Below are positions 22,418-34,759 of a DNA stretch of 64,000 bases, in pieces. The stretch is taken from assembly GCA_001938485.1 (NCBI GenBank), contig MQRK01241883.1, forward strand, positions 5,103 to 69,102, given 5' to 3'. The position numbers and the translations under genes are program-made. The first letter of the stretch is position 1. Each line of letters begins with the position of its first letter. The notes under the pieces are model-generated. The model worked only from the letters and a program-made list of their open reading frames with translations. It ran no database searches and was not told the origin of the DNA. Origin of the DNA: Girardia tigrina (Eukaryota).

Positions 22418-24431
22418 AAATATAATAGTTTGCAATATTAAAACATCAAATAATACCAAATGGATACCAAATGGGTACATCAAGGAATGATATCACAAAT
22501 ATTGGGTGCTCTAAACGTTTAAATAACTATTAGAAATATCTAATTTCATTTTAATCAGAGATATGAAAAATTGGTCTCACTGATTGTGACCCATTTGTTC
22601 ATAAGGACAACCTTTGAATTTGTACGTATACATTGTCTTTTTAGCAAACTAAAGCATTGAATTACGTGTCTTAGAAAGTGTTACATTTTAAATTGAAATG
22701 TGACGTGTGTTAACTTAGGTCCTTTGAAAGTTCAAATCATAAATCAAGGTTTTAACATTTAAAAATCATTCTCTTACTCAAATATAATGTCTTACCAATT
22801 ATTTTCAATCAAAGGTTAGTTAAAAATTGTAATATAAGTTCTTCTCTTGTATTTTAGATAAAAAACTAATTTTTAAGAATAATGTTAATAATTCTGAAAC
22901 TCAAAACTTTAGATTTTATTAATAATTTTTGGAAAACACTTTATGTTTCATGAATGACCCTCCAACATTTGAACAAATGGACCATGAAACTATACCTCCC
23001 TCCCTGTGTTTTTATGAAGAAAAAGATAGAAAGTGTATGATGAAAGACCTAGTTTAAGAGTTTTGAATTTATCTTCTGATTTTGGAATCACAGAGGAACA
23101 ATATAGACACAAACAAACAAATTGATCACAACACTGAGCATATTTTGTTCACTAACAACTTTCTAAATAATAAATAAATAGTTAATTTATTTTTTTTAGT
23201 AATTAGCAGTTCATCTGCACTAAAATTTTCAAAGCTTTTCCTCCTCAACATTAGAAGACTATTATTGATAATCATTGGAAAAAACTTATTATTTTATCTT
23301 GTAATTATTATTATTAAAACAGTATTTTTGCAGTGTCTCTCTCTTCTTCCCAAAATATTGTTACAGGAAGACAAAAAACATATTTTTCGAATTTATAATA
23401 AATGAAATACAATTTTTCGATTTTCTCTCAAACTATTTTTGTTCTTTCTTTAAAGGAGCTGTTCATAATTGATTCGATTTTAACATTAGCTAGATGGAAT
23501 TTGGCCCGCATTGTTTTTTTAATCATCAAAACCTCATTACGTTGTAAATGTTTTTTAACGAATATCTCATGAATGAAAATCCGTTGGATTCGAAATCTGC
23601 GTTAAAACCTTTCCTTTGCACCAATGTTACTGACGTTATAGACGAGTAAACACTAAAAAATAGCGTTACGATTCACAAATAAATTGATTTATTTGAAACC
23701 AAAGAGAAATATTTTTTAATATTATTTTACTTCAATCTTAATTTTCCTTTAGCGAAAATATCAAAACATTAGTTAAGTAAAATTAAATTTAAGTTACTTT
23801 GATTATTCAAAAATTATGCTGAGACTGAGTTTTAAAATCAACATAAGAGTAAACTCTCAAACAACCTCCGACTTCAGGAATCAGGAATCACAATCAGGAA
23901 TCGATCACAACGATAAATAAGCAACTGATCACGTAAGAGGGATTCTTGCAGTATAACCATATCTCCTAAGGGGTTACTTTTATTCTCAGTACCTGTTTTT
24001 GAATTTTCATTAAAGATAATTTCAATAGTGATAAAAAGTTAAGCAATTTTCTCAGTGACAAATAATATATTAATTAAAATAAAAAATTTTTTAATAAAAA
24101 TAATCAAAATAAATAACAATTTAAATAATTTTTAACTTTTTAAATTTGTTTCTCATAAATAAAATAATTATTAATGCTATAATAATGTTATGTATTGACG
24201 GCAACAGCGTTTCTCAACACCGCGTATCACGCTATTTTAGCATGCCGAGCCGGATTATTTAGCAAATAAATGGAAAACTGCAACAAAAAAATCAGAAAAT
24301 GTGGATTTTCAGTAAAATCTTTCATTAAAAATAAATGATACATGATTTTAGTAACGATTAAAGTAAAAAATGATTGTCGTTGCTGTTCATAGATAATTTA
24401 GTGTCTGCAGTTACTGAAATCAGCATTTTAA

Positions 24432-24666
24432 CCCTTTCGCAGCGGCTTTCCGTTTTAAGTTATAGATAATTTTTGTTAAATATATAATGTTTATTCCGGT
24501 CTGAAATTTATTATTTAAAAGTTTTTTTTTGGAAATTTATTCAGGGGGCGGGCTGGGGAGGTTGGGACAAATATATCCCATTCGTCTTTTATGATGGGTC
24601 ATATATGTCCCAACAGCCTTTTTAAACATTCACTGGGACATGTGTGTCCCAGCAGCTGCGAAAGGG
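24432..24666. mobile_element. piggyBac-type MITE
   Basis: TTAA TSDs; TIRs CCCTTTCGCAGCGGCT / AGCAGCTGCGAAAGGG; three internal GGGAC..GTCCC-type palindromic repeats. Confidence 0.9.
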
Positions 24667-24828
24667 TTAAAATGTGTCTTAAATAACCTTCACCCATTTA
24701 GGCTCAGAACTATTTCTATATGAAGCCATTGATCCATCAATTAGTAATAATCTTTGAATATAACAATTATAATTTTCTATTCATATGTCACTGAGATTTA
24801 CCATTAATGTTTTGTTACACTTTAAAGT

Positions 24829-25560
24829 TGTAATGAATAGTAGCTATATTTTAATATAGATATTTTAATTTCAATATATTTTAAAGTCGTAATTACATTA
24901 AAAAGACGCTTATTAAAATTCTATATATATTTATTATATAAATATTTATAATACGGTTAAATTTAAAAATTGTAAAACTCCTAAAAAAAGAACTTTGTTT
25001 AAATATTCAAAAAATTAAAAAAGCAACATTTTTTTTAATAGAGTAAATTTTATGGACTCCAATTTTGATGAGGTTTGTGCTGCAATCAGTTTTTCTAACA
25101 TGGAGACCAAAGCCTCGGAGATCCTCCTATCGCGATCTGTCTCAGATCGATTCAAGAAAGGAGAAGATGTCAAAATTTTCATTTCCAAATGCCGTATATT
25201 CTTCGAGTTAACGGACACCAAAGAAAATGTAAAAACTATTTTGGTGAAAACTCTGCTAGACGACGAGGCCATCAAAGATTATGAGGAAATAGATGACGGC
25301 GTGAAGAATTTTGAAGATCGATTGCGACAAGCGTTCTCCAAGAAGAGTTCCCGATTTGAAGACCTGGCAGAAATTCTGGAATACCGGAGAGGTTCCGAAT
25401 CAGTTGAAGACTACTTTAAGACTGTGGCAAAATTGGCCAAGAAATTAGCCGCATACAATTGGGACGAAGCCGAATTAGAGAAGGAGATACTATTGCACTG
25501 TTTCAGTGATTAAGAGATCCTAAACGAAGTTGAGATGAGAGATTTAAATTAGATTACGGA
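24829..25560 (+). mobile_element. Gypsy 5' end: LTR (about 24829-25100), PBS and truncated gag
   Basis: TGTAAT...TTCTAACA then TGGAGACC; gag text METKASEILL...DRFKKGEDVKIFISKCRIFF...ESVEDYF; stop at 25511-25513. Confidence 0.75.
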
Positions 25561-26949
25561 TATAAAAAAAACGATGGGTCGAAGATGACTCCTTAAGCAT
25601 AATAGAGTTAATTTTATGTATCATCAAACTGTATCATTAGTATTTGTTGGGAAGTTATATTAAAACCGTGATTTTCCATCCGAGCCATCTCTTGTCATTT
25701 ATAACACTAATCTATTCTTCAGTTTGTCAATATTGTTTATAAATCTATGAATTTAGTTTAATCCTAAATTTATTTTATAACGAAATCTTCTTGCTAATAT
25801 GATAAACAATTATTAGTTCACTATCTTGGATCAATATTGCTTAAAACAACGTTGTTGTTATTTTGATTACATTTTCAGTCGTGTTATCGTTGACTCAAAT
25901 GTTATTTCTATGTTATTCAAGACCCATAGAAGTTACAAAATCTTTCCATAAAATATTCTTCACTTGTTAACCTTTACTTCTGTTGTCAAATATAACCGTT
26001 TCTAATGTTAAGGAAAACTTTTGAAATAATATAATTAGTGTTGCTGGTCTTCATACAAATATAAGATCTAGTAATAATATTTGATTAAATTAAAAAGGAA
26101 TTATTAGATAATGAGATTTATGCACAGTCTTTGTTTTTCGGTAATTAATTCTGATCGATGAAGTCAATTTACAGTGACTTTTATATGATGCTCCTAAAGT
26201 ATATTAACTCATCTTGCCTTCAATTATTTTACTGAAGGAATATGTTCAAAGTCGAGCGTAAGAACATAATACAAATAGAAAACATTGTTTAAAGTATTCA
26301 GACATAAAATCATAGTTTTAATATACAAGTGTAATGATAACTATAAAGTAATACAACAAAACTACTAAAGATTTTACGCAAAATTAAATATACACTTTAC
26401 TGTGACATAAATTGGGTCTTCCATCTTTTCAAGCATGGTATTGCTTATATATGCTCTTTCGGTTGTCCACCCAAACCAAATAAGGCGTCATATGGGGACA
26501 TCAACCTTTCGTTTCCGAGCTTGAGTTTTTTTTTATCTTCTGGTATCACATTCTATGGTTGATTCCTTTCTTCTGACTATGGACTGATAGGTTCTGTCGG
26601 TAATATTTAGACTGTTTTTTTTTCAATTTTATGCGCTGATTTGAGATGTCTGAAGAGCCATCCTTTGGTCTCTATAGTTCTTTTGGCATGGATAGTAATT
26701 GAATCTTTCTGGCTCTTCTTCTTGAGGTGATGTAGTCAGTGATGTTGTTTCTCGTATCGATTCAATTCTGTCTGCTCCTCGAATTCCCTGAAACAAAATT
26801 CATATTATCACTGAAATAGTTTGATCCTTGGTTTTATGAGTTTCAGCCTGTCTTCTGATCTCCGCCTAATTATGCGCTTCTCGCATATTATTGAGCCGAT
26901 CCTGTCTTTAATTTTGAGTTGAGCGCTTTCATGCTGAATTTTTCCTACA

Positions 26950-27790
26950 GAATCATCAAAAGAAGCGGTTTCTCCGAAAAACCATTTCGTATCAATTCTC
27001 AGTCATTCTTTGATTTGTTACTTTTTTGTTCCTGAGATTTTCTTATCATCTGTCATCGAGGGTTCAATAACTCTTTTCAGGATCATACGTCTATTGTATA
27101 TTTGGTGAGGTAACCCAATTGTAATTGTATCCATGGTGATCTTCTTGTCCTTCCTTATCCCAAGCACCAGGGGAGTATCATGATTGTGTAGGCTATCCAG
27201 TTTCTTTACCAATGTGTCGATAGTCGACCAATTTTCATACCTAGTGTATATTACAGGTAATATACAGCTCTCAATCAGTTTTAGTATGTTTCGGATCGTT
27301 AGCTTTATACACTTCAGGATAGGCTTCATATTGTGTAGTTTGCCTTACCTTTTCCTTATTCTCTCTCTAATATCTGTCTCACAAGTCCTGTGAGAAGATA
27401 TTATTGCTACATGGTAACTGAACTCGGTTACCCACTCAATTCCTGACATCATTTAGCACCTGCCATTTGTATTTTTGCATCACCATTTAGATTCTTTAGA
27501 CCCAGTTGCTGAAACACGAAGTATAGAATACACAGAATTTTTGTTACCTCATTTTAGTTTTTGTCAATGAGATGAAGGCTGTCTGCATACACTAAATGAT
27601 TGACCTTCAGTTCGGTTCCATCCTCATTTTAAAGTTTTACCTCTCCTGTCATTCCATTTTTTTACTAGTTTGAGTGCTCTGTCGAACACTTTTTTCAAAA
27701 ATATCGGTCTCAGGACACACCCCTGCTATTTCCAGAGGTTTACGGATTGAGAACACATTTTACAAGCATAAAATGGCTCAATGAACTACC
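26950..27790 (-). mobile_element. Non-LTR (LINE) reverse transcriptase remnant
   Basis: QGCVLRPIF and VNHLVYADS (YADD-type) motifs, then degenerate C-terminal text (SCILPVIYT..ENW). Confidence 0.7.
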
Positions 27791-27986
27791 TGAACACACC
27801 CAGCAAAAAACAAAGGGAACTACTAGACTTCTTCCTCACAGGCCAGAGAAATTGCCGAAGAGCTAACATAATCTTGACTGCAGTTTTGGCAATGACTTCG
27901 TAGTGTTAAAGTCATTGTCTCAGAAAAAGAAAAGAACGAGAAGAAGACAAAACTGGACAAACTATTTTTATCGGAGAATATATAAA

Positions 27987-28034
<48 letters not shown>

Positions 28035-28084
28035 NNNNNNNNNNNNNNNNNNNNNNNNNNNNNNNNNNNNNNNNNNNNNNNNNN

Positions 28085-28136
<52 letters not shown>

Positions 28137-28141
<5 letters not shown>

Positions 28142-29480
28142 GTGGACAAAAGTATACACCCCCTGAAATGTTTACGAATATTCTATGTTACAACTGACAG
28201 ATGGGCCTGCGCATTTTATATTTCTATTCTAATGTCAAAATAAACCTTCGTGTCGCATTTCAAAGAAAAGTTTTATATTTGAACAATGAATTTATTTCAA
28301 ATAATATTTTCTCCCTAGTTTTGACATGGACACAAGTATACACCACTTTAATTAAAATAATATGAAATTAAGAGAAACATAACAAAACTCTGAATAATTG
28401 ACCACAAGGCTACTGTTAATACTCAATTTTACGTTCACTATTCTTCAAAAGTTCAATCATCATTTTCTTCATGCTCTTGACAAGATTTTTGAGGATAGAG
28501 GAGTCGATGACATTCCATGCTTCAACAATGGCCTGATTGAGAGCAATTAGCAATTCATATTGTTGGTTTCCTGCGTACACTTGCCTCGATAGTGCACCCA
28601 TTAGGTTTTCCTAGGATTATAGTCTGGAGAAACAGCTGGCCAGGGAAAAAGTTCAATTGCTGGCCCTTCAAACCATGCCTTGGACTCCCGAATAACATGA
28701 ATAGCGACATTGTCTTGTTCGCAAATTGGATCTCATTCATGAACATTAACCATAAATGGAATTAAATGTTGCTGACATACTGCAATGTAAACACTGATTT
28801 TCATTCTGATGATGCGAATGCCAAGGAAGTCTTTCCATAAAAAGAAAATCCACCCTAGCTCATAACGGAACAGCCATTAAAATTGAGTCTTGAGAAATAA
28901 TTAGGATCCTTTCGCAAATCATGCCAATAATATCTAAAACCATCAGGCCAATCAAGATTGAATTTTTTCTCATCACTAACACAACCTATAACGTCAAAAA
29001 CATTATTTAAAACATTTATTTAACTTTTTCGAATAGTACAAAAGGATCTTACTTTTTTCCAGTCGCGATCCACATTTTTCTCAGCAAACGTTAGCCGATT
29101 ACGTTTAATGACGGGTGCACCCTTCATTCTATTCCATTTTAATATTGATTGTCGAGCTAGTACACGACGGAGTGTTTTTCGTGAGACATTGAGATTGCAT
29201 TCTCGCTGAATTATCGCAGGAGTCTTTGAAGAGTTGGAAGCAGCATTCACTATCTGCCGTACACCTTGATGTGAGATCTTATGAGGCCTGCCTTTTCGCT
29301 TCTTTGCCGGTGGAATATGACTAAGAGCATCCATTGTTTTGCAAATATCACGAATTCCCTTTCTAGATCGTTGCATTTTATTTTAATTTTTATTTAAATC
29401 CTTGGCCTTAAGCACGGTATGCAGATATTTGACCTTTTTCATTTTCTGTGAACTGTTTCGCTCGTTCCATGGTTAAATGA
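28137..29480 (-). mobile_element. Tc3-like Tc1 element with an intron-containing transposase pseudogene and an IR/DR end
   Basis: GRPHK, VSRKTLRRVL, SDEKKFNLD.PDGFRYYWHDLRK, NPRKPN/LSRQVY...LVKSM; TIR (T)AGTGGTGGACAAAAGTATACACC with inner repeat GGACACAAGTATACACC at about 28328. Confidence 0.88.
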
Positions 29481-30594
29481 TCACTAAAACAGGTTATAAC
29501 AACGTTTGCTACAAATAAACACAGGCAAATTAAAAAAAAAGGTAGACAGTACGTAAACTTTCTTTGTTTAGGCATGTCCAATGCGTCCTTCTTGGTGTAC
29601 TATCGAAAGCTTTCTCTAAGTCTATAAAAATTGCATATATATATTGGTTTCTGTACCAAATTTTTTACTGAATTTTCCAAATAATACATTTTGTATGTTG
29701 CGTTCCCCTACCACTTCTGAATCCAAATTGACATTTATCGATTTCGTTCAACTGTCGGGATAGGTCTATTTACCATAAACCGTATATATTCTTTTTATTC
29801 CTTTTTTCTATGTTATTACATTTTTCAGAATTACTTGAGTTGCATGGGTGCATTCTTTAATATTCCTAATTTTTCGAGTTTCTTACACTTACTGCGCTGG
29901 AGTCAAGGCAGTGGGTTGTTACAATAGTTAAAAGCCCATTATTTATTACCTATGTTCGAAGTCTACCTTTACAATACTTGCCAAAAACCATTTCATTGCT
30001 ACATCTATCGTTGATAATATACCTAGCGAACAAGTACAAATATCCTTCCTGATCGTTCATTCTTTCTCCCTTGTTTAGATAAAATCGGGTCCATTCTTGA
30101 AAAATAATTAAGTCTTCCAGTTAAATTATATTAATTAAAAATGTTACAGAAAAGTCTTCACATAAACAACAAAAATAAACCGTAAAACATAATTCCTTTT
30201 AAGTAGTATATGAATTTTTAAAATTAAATCAAATCTTATTATTTATTCTTTTTTGTCTATGTTATTTCATTTTTTTAGAATTACTTGAGTTGCATTGGGG
30301 CGTTCTTTAATGAAAAATAGAAAGTAATGAAATTAAACTAAAAATGTGATGAAAACTGTCGAAAGATAAAAAATTAATTGAAGTAAACTAAAGCCGGGGT
30401 CAAGACAGTCTGCTTCAAAACGGCATGGTCAAAACGAACTGCTTTCCAAAATATAAACCAAGACAATAATCATTTTATTCAATTTGCTATTTTATTTATT
30501 TTTTAAAATTCTATATTTTAATCTTTTCCAATATTATATCGAAGCGTTTTTGTTCCATAATTAATCTTTTGACTCTTTTCTAAATCCACATGTT

Positions 30595-30850
30595 ATGTTT
30601 CTCTGAGATGTACAAAACTTTGACCTTCAATTCAATTAACTTGCCATTATGCTAGCCATATGAAATTTTAGAATCGTACTCAAACCACTTCACAAATGTT
30701 GTTCAATTAAAGACAAAATTTTAGACAATTTATTTTATAATTGAACAACATAAGTTAGGTGGTTTGAATACGCATCCAATATTTCAAATGTCTAGCTTTA
30801 TAGTAAATTCTTTAAATTGAAGGTAAACGTTTATACATCACGGAAAGATA
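30595..30850. repeat. Imperfect long palindrome (foldback/MITE-like)
   Basis: Nested complementary blocks TGTTGTTCAATTA/TAATTGAACAACA, CGTACTCAAACCAC/GTGGTTTGAATACG, CCTTCAATT/AATTGAAGG. Confidence 0.8.
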
Positions 30851-31034
30851 CAGAAAAAAATCATGAAAACATCTTATAAAAATCGTTATTACTCTAAAAT
30901 AAATATTACATTATTAAAAATAAAGAGTAAGTGAATTTGTAATTAGTAATTTGTAATGAATGATAATAGGAGTCCCATGACCCTGGCCTAACGACGACAT
31001 GCAGTGGTATAACATTCAAATGACTAAAGCCGAC

Positions 31035-31041
31035 TATAAAA
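31035..31041 (+). promoter_or_regulatory. Candidate TATA box of the TPPP gene
   Basis: TATAAAA in a locally GC-richer context, about 25-30 nt before a TCAG initiator-like site and about 150 nt before the ATG. Confidence 0.5.
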
Positions 31042-31187
31042 GCTCTCTTTAAATACTCTTTCAGACCGTATTACTATATTATTAAATAATCATATTTATT
31101 TAAACTTAATTGATCGAATATTCAATTTTAAATTTTCAAAATATTTCCATAGTATTTCTTGATCAATTTCAATAAAAACAGTATTCG

Positions 31188-31709
31188 ATGGGCGATTTAA
31201 AACCTGCATTTATGGCATTTTGCGATGCTGTTAAAAAAGGAGCAACAACTTGTACTGATAAAACGTTGAAAAAGATTTGCGTAGACTGTAAGATATATTG
31301 CAAAGGATTTGACCAAAACCGTTGTGATATTCAGTTTAGAAAACATATAGGAAATAGTAAAAAAGACGTAGATTTTAATGATTTTGTGCGATTTATCGAA
31401 GGGCCTATGGCCGAAGCCTATATGGGAGCTAGAAATCTATCGTATGAGGATGCTGTGCAGGAACTGAAAACGAAAATCCTTCAAGGAAATCCCGCGGGTC
31501 ACGGAACAACTGGTGTGTCAGCTGATGCGGCCACAGCCCGTTTGACTGACGTTAAAGGATATACGGGAGCCCATAAAGAACGATTCGATCAAGAAACCGG
31601 TCAAGGTAAAGGTATTCAAGGCCGTGAATATATTGCAAGCGAAAATGCTCAACAGGGTTATGTTGGTGGATACAAAGGCGCTGGTACTTACGATCAAAAG
31701 ATGAATTAA
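31188..31709 (+). CDS. TPPP: Tubulin polymerization-promoting protein (p25-alpha family), intronless
   Basis: 173-aa ORF with RLTDVKGYTGAHKERFD, the GKGIQGR (GxGxxGR) motif and a C-terminal GYVGGYKGAGTYD; AATAAA at about 31818. Confidence 0.95.
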   Translation: MGDLKPAFMAFCDAVKKGATTCTDKTLKKICVDCKIYCKGFDQNRCDIQFRKHIGNSKKDVDFNDFVRFIEGPMAEAYMGARNLSYEDAVQELKTKILQGNPAGHGTTGVSADAATARLTDVKGYTGAHKERFDQETGQGKGIQGREYIASENAQQGYVGGYKGAGTYDQKMN

Positions 31710-32234
31710 TGAAAACGAACTGATCAATGTGTTATTATTTCATTTTGTAATATTTTTTTCGTTACTTTTACTCTTTAATTTTCTGTCGAATTTTTTTTCT
31801 CCTCGAATTCTTTTTTAATAAATAATGCACAAGGTTTTCGAATATTACAATAATCACAATTATTATTTATTATTAATATTATTATTGCAATTATCATTAT
31901 TTATTGTGCCCATTTTTCACAAATTAATGTAAAATTATTAAAACAAACTGTCAGAAATTAATTTACCATTTCAAGAAAAACATTCAATTTCTTCAAAATC
32001 ATTTTGATGTGTATATAAGTTAAGAATATACAGGAACTCATAAAGATCGATTCTATAAGGAAGTTGGTCAAGTAAAAGTAGTGGTTTTTTACTAGGTCTT
32101 CCCAGAGCACTCCAGGGGTTTTACAATTTCTGAATCTCTAAAATAAAACAATGAACTAATAAACACGTTAAATTCAATTTAACAAATCTATTTTATTATT
32201 ATTATTTTTTGTTTAAATATACTAAACTTAACAT

Positions 32235-32420
32235 AAATTACCTGAATGCATTTTGGTAGCTGGTTGAAAATGAATATCCTACAATTGCCCAGAAAGCACT
32301 TCCACTTCTCATGCGATTTTCAACTTCATAATTTTGGGAATTTGGATTTCAGCACTGACAACCATCAAACACAAGAAACGAGCACAATTGCTGTCTTTGG
32401 AAGATGAACTTTGTGTGCCT
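32235..32420 (+). mobile_element. hAT (Buster/Charlie-like) transposase C-terminal dimerization fragment
   Basis: FW..VENEYPTIAQKALPLLMRFSTS...GFSALTTIKHKKRAQL. Confidence 0.8.
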
Positions 32421-32658
32421 GTTGTTGGGACCGTTGTTGAGTTCATAAAAATTTTGAACTTACAATCTTATCAAATTACTAATTAAACAATTACATTCCG
32501 TAAAATATTGTTATAGATATGTTAAAATAAGATTTTCAGAAATTTAATGTAAAAATTAATTTATGTTAGAAATAAAATAAATTTTACGGTAGGTTTATTA
32601 AAAGATTTATACAAAGATTTATTTCATATAAATTTTTAAAAAATGACGATAATGAATT

Positions 32659-33014
32659 TTTAAAAGTCAAAAAAATTTCGTTAGAATATATTGTGATTAA
32701 TTTCGACTGATCAAACGTCATCATCAGACTGAATTAACAATGATATACTCGCGTTTATATATCAAAGCAATGTTTATGTAATCAATTATGTCATTTAAAT
32801 CATGAAAAATCAAATCTTTTGATCCTAAAATCCAAACACCATCCTCTTCAACTTTATTGAAAGTATTTTCATGATTTAAATGACATAATGATTACATAAA
32901 CATTGCTTTGATATATAAACTCGAGTATATCATTGTTAATTCAGTCTGATGATGACCGTTGATCCGTCGAAATTAATCACAATATATTCTGACGAAAATT
33001 TTTTGACTTTTAAA
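32659..33014. repeat. Inverted repeat (arms about 32659-32807 and 32866-33014), probable Penelope-like pseudo-LTRs
   Basis: Arms are near-perfect reverse complements around a spacer of about 58 bp; each holds ATATATAAAC and a hammerhead-like core. Confidence 0.9.
32941..32983 (+). ncRNA. Minimal type-I hammerhead ribozyme-like motif (mirror copy on minus at about 32690-32732)
   Basis: CTGATGA-T-GAC(N9)GTC-GAAA-TTAA-TC; stem I is weak (2 bp next to the core). Confidence 0.5.
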
Positions 33015-33619
33015 GATTTATCATAAAGTAAAAAAGTTAATTTCAATTTTGATGAAAATATTTAATTGAAATAAAATCAAAAGTAATATAAAGTATAATA
33101 TTTTATTTGCGAAATGAAAATAAACTAAACTATTTTTTGTAACTTTTATTTTACACGATTGAATCGAAGTAAATTAAAAATGTAATTATAATTTTCTTTA
33201 GGAAATTGTAATTGGAATCAAAATATAATTGTAAAACAATTAAATCGACTTCAATGAAAATGCGATTTTAATTTTATTTTGGAAAACGTAATTATTAATG
33301 GAAATATAATTTTATTTTTTTATGTAAAAAGGGGTAATTTAAAAGTTGTTAAATTAAACGAAATTGCGATTTGAAATTCCATTTTCAAAACATTATTTTA
33401 TCGAAAGTAATTTTTAAAACTATTATGAAAACGAAATGAAAAATGCTATTGTATAGAATTGGGAAATTTAATCGAGAAACATGTAAATTTAAATGTACAA
33501 TAAAATTGAAATTTAATAAAAGACGCAACAAAATCTTTATGACAAAATTTTAATAAATTCACTTTATAATTTTTTATTAAAAAAGTAATGAATTTTAATT
33601 CGTAAAAAAATATAATACC

Positions 33620-33770
33620 ATATTTATATTTATATCAATTCTTATTTATAATGGTTTGCGTAAAAAGAAAGTGCAAAAGTTCCTCGAAAATATTTGTTTA
33701 AAAAAACTTAAATTGTGGTAGAAATAAAATTTTATGTTAATGACAACTTATTTTGATCAAGAACCCAATA
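33620..33770 (+). mobile_element. Family-B LTR fragment
   Basis: Ends TTTTGATCAAGAACCCAATA; homologous to 5336, 34260, 42387, 59821 and 61151. Confidence 0.6.
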
Positions 33771-34259
33771 CCTGTCAACAACACAACCGAATCTTATAGT
33801 TTTGCAAAAAACACCAGATTCCGATTTCCCCCTGAGTTTTTGATAAGAATAAATTTAGTCTATTCAAACATGTACAATTTTGTTTTAATTTTATTATCAA
33901 ACAATCACAATACTCTGAACATAAGTATTTGTATTTCATTTTAAAAATATAGATCAGTACTCACTGTGGTGAGTGACCTACAAAGCATGTAAGCCTACGA
34001 GAGAAAAACTGCGAAATTTAGGCCATTTCTAGACATTTGACCTTGAATGGCCTTGAACGACCTTAGATTACTATAGCGGTCCGGTGGGGTCTTGTGATCT
34101 AGAAAGCCCTTGCTGTTTTAGGTATACCACAGGTTTTTATATATTTGGCTTTTATATATACTATTAAAAGGTTACGGTAACCAAGGTACTTTCGATGATT
34201 GATCAGGTACTTTAGCAGATTATGTAGATGTTATGTAAAATGTCTATGCACGTTTTAAG

Positions 34260-34410
34260 TGTTGGGTTATTGATCGAGATTAAGATTCATTAACATCAAA
34301 ATTTTATTTATAACACAAATAACAATTATTTAAACAATTTTTCGTCGAGGAACCTTTCTTCGTTTACTTTTTGACCAGAGTCTTTATATATTAAAATATG
34401 GAATTATAAA
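34260..34410 (-). mobile_element. Family-B LTR fragment
   Basis: TGTTGGGTTATTGATC... colinear with 61151-61295. Confidence 0.65.
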
Positions 34411-34759
34411 AACTGATAAGCTATTTTAAAATTGAATTTTTTTATTCACTTAATTTTGAAAATTTACATTTCACTATTTTATGCAATTTAATTTAAATTA
34501 AAATCAACATTATTGTAGTCATGTTTTTACTAAATTAATAAAAATGATTTTTTTTACTTTAGAATTAGTTTAATATTATTTTATTTTATTTGTGAAAACG
34601 TTTTTAATTAATAAAAGATTTTACCCTTTTATTTATTATCAATATTTCAATTTAAAAGCATTTTATTACCTACAATTATTTTAAATACAAAAATATACAA
34701 TTTTAAATACAATTTTTAAAAACATTTTTTAAATACAATTTTTAAATACAATAAAAATT

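Noticed and set aside
29786-30312. Direct repeat of about 75 bp (29786-29862 and 30241-30312) as LTRs of a small element
   Set aside because: No TG..CA ends, TSD, PBS or recognisable internal coding motif.
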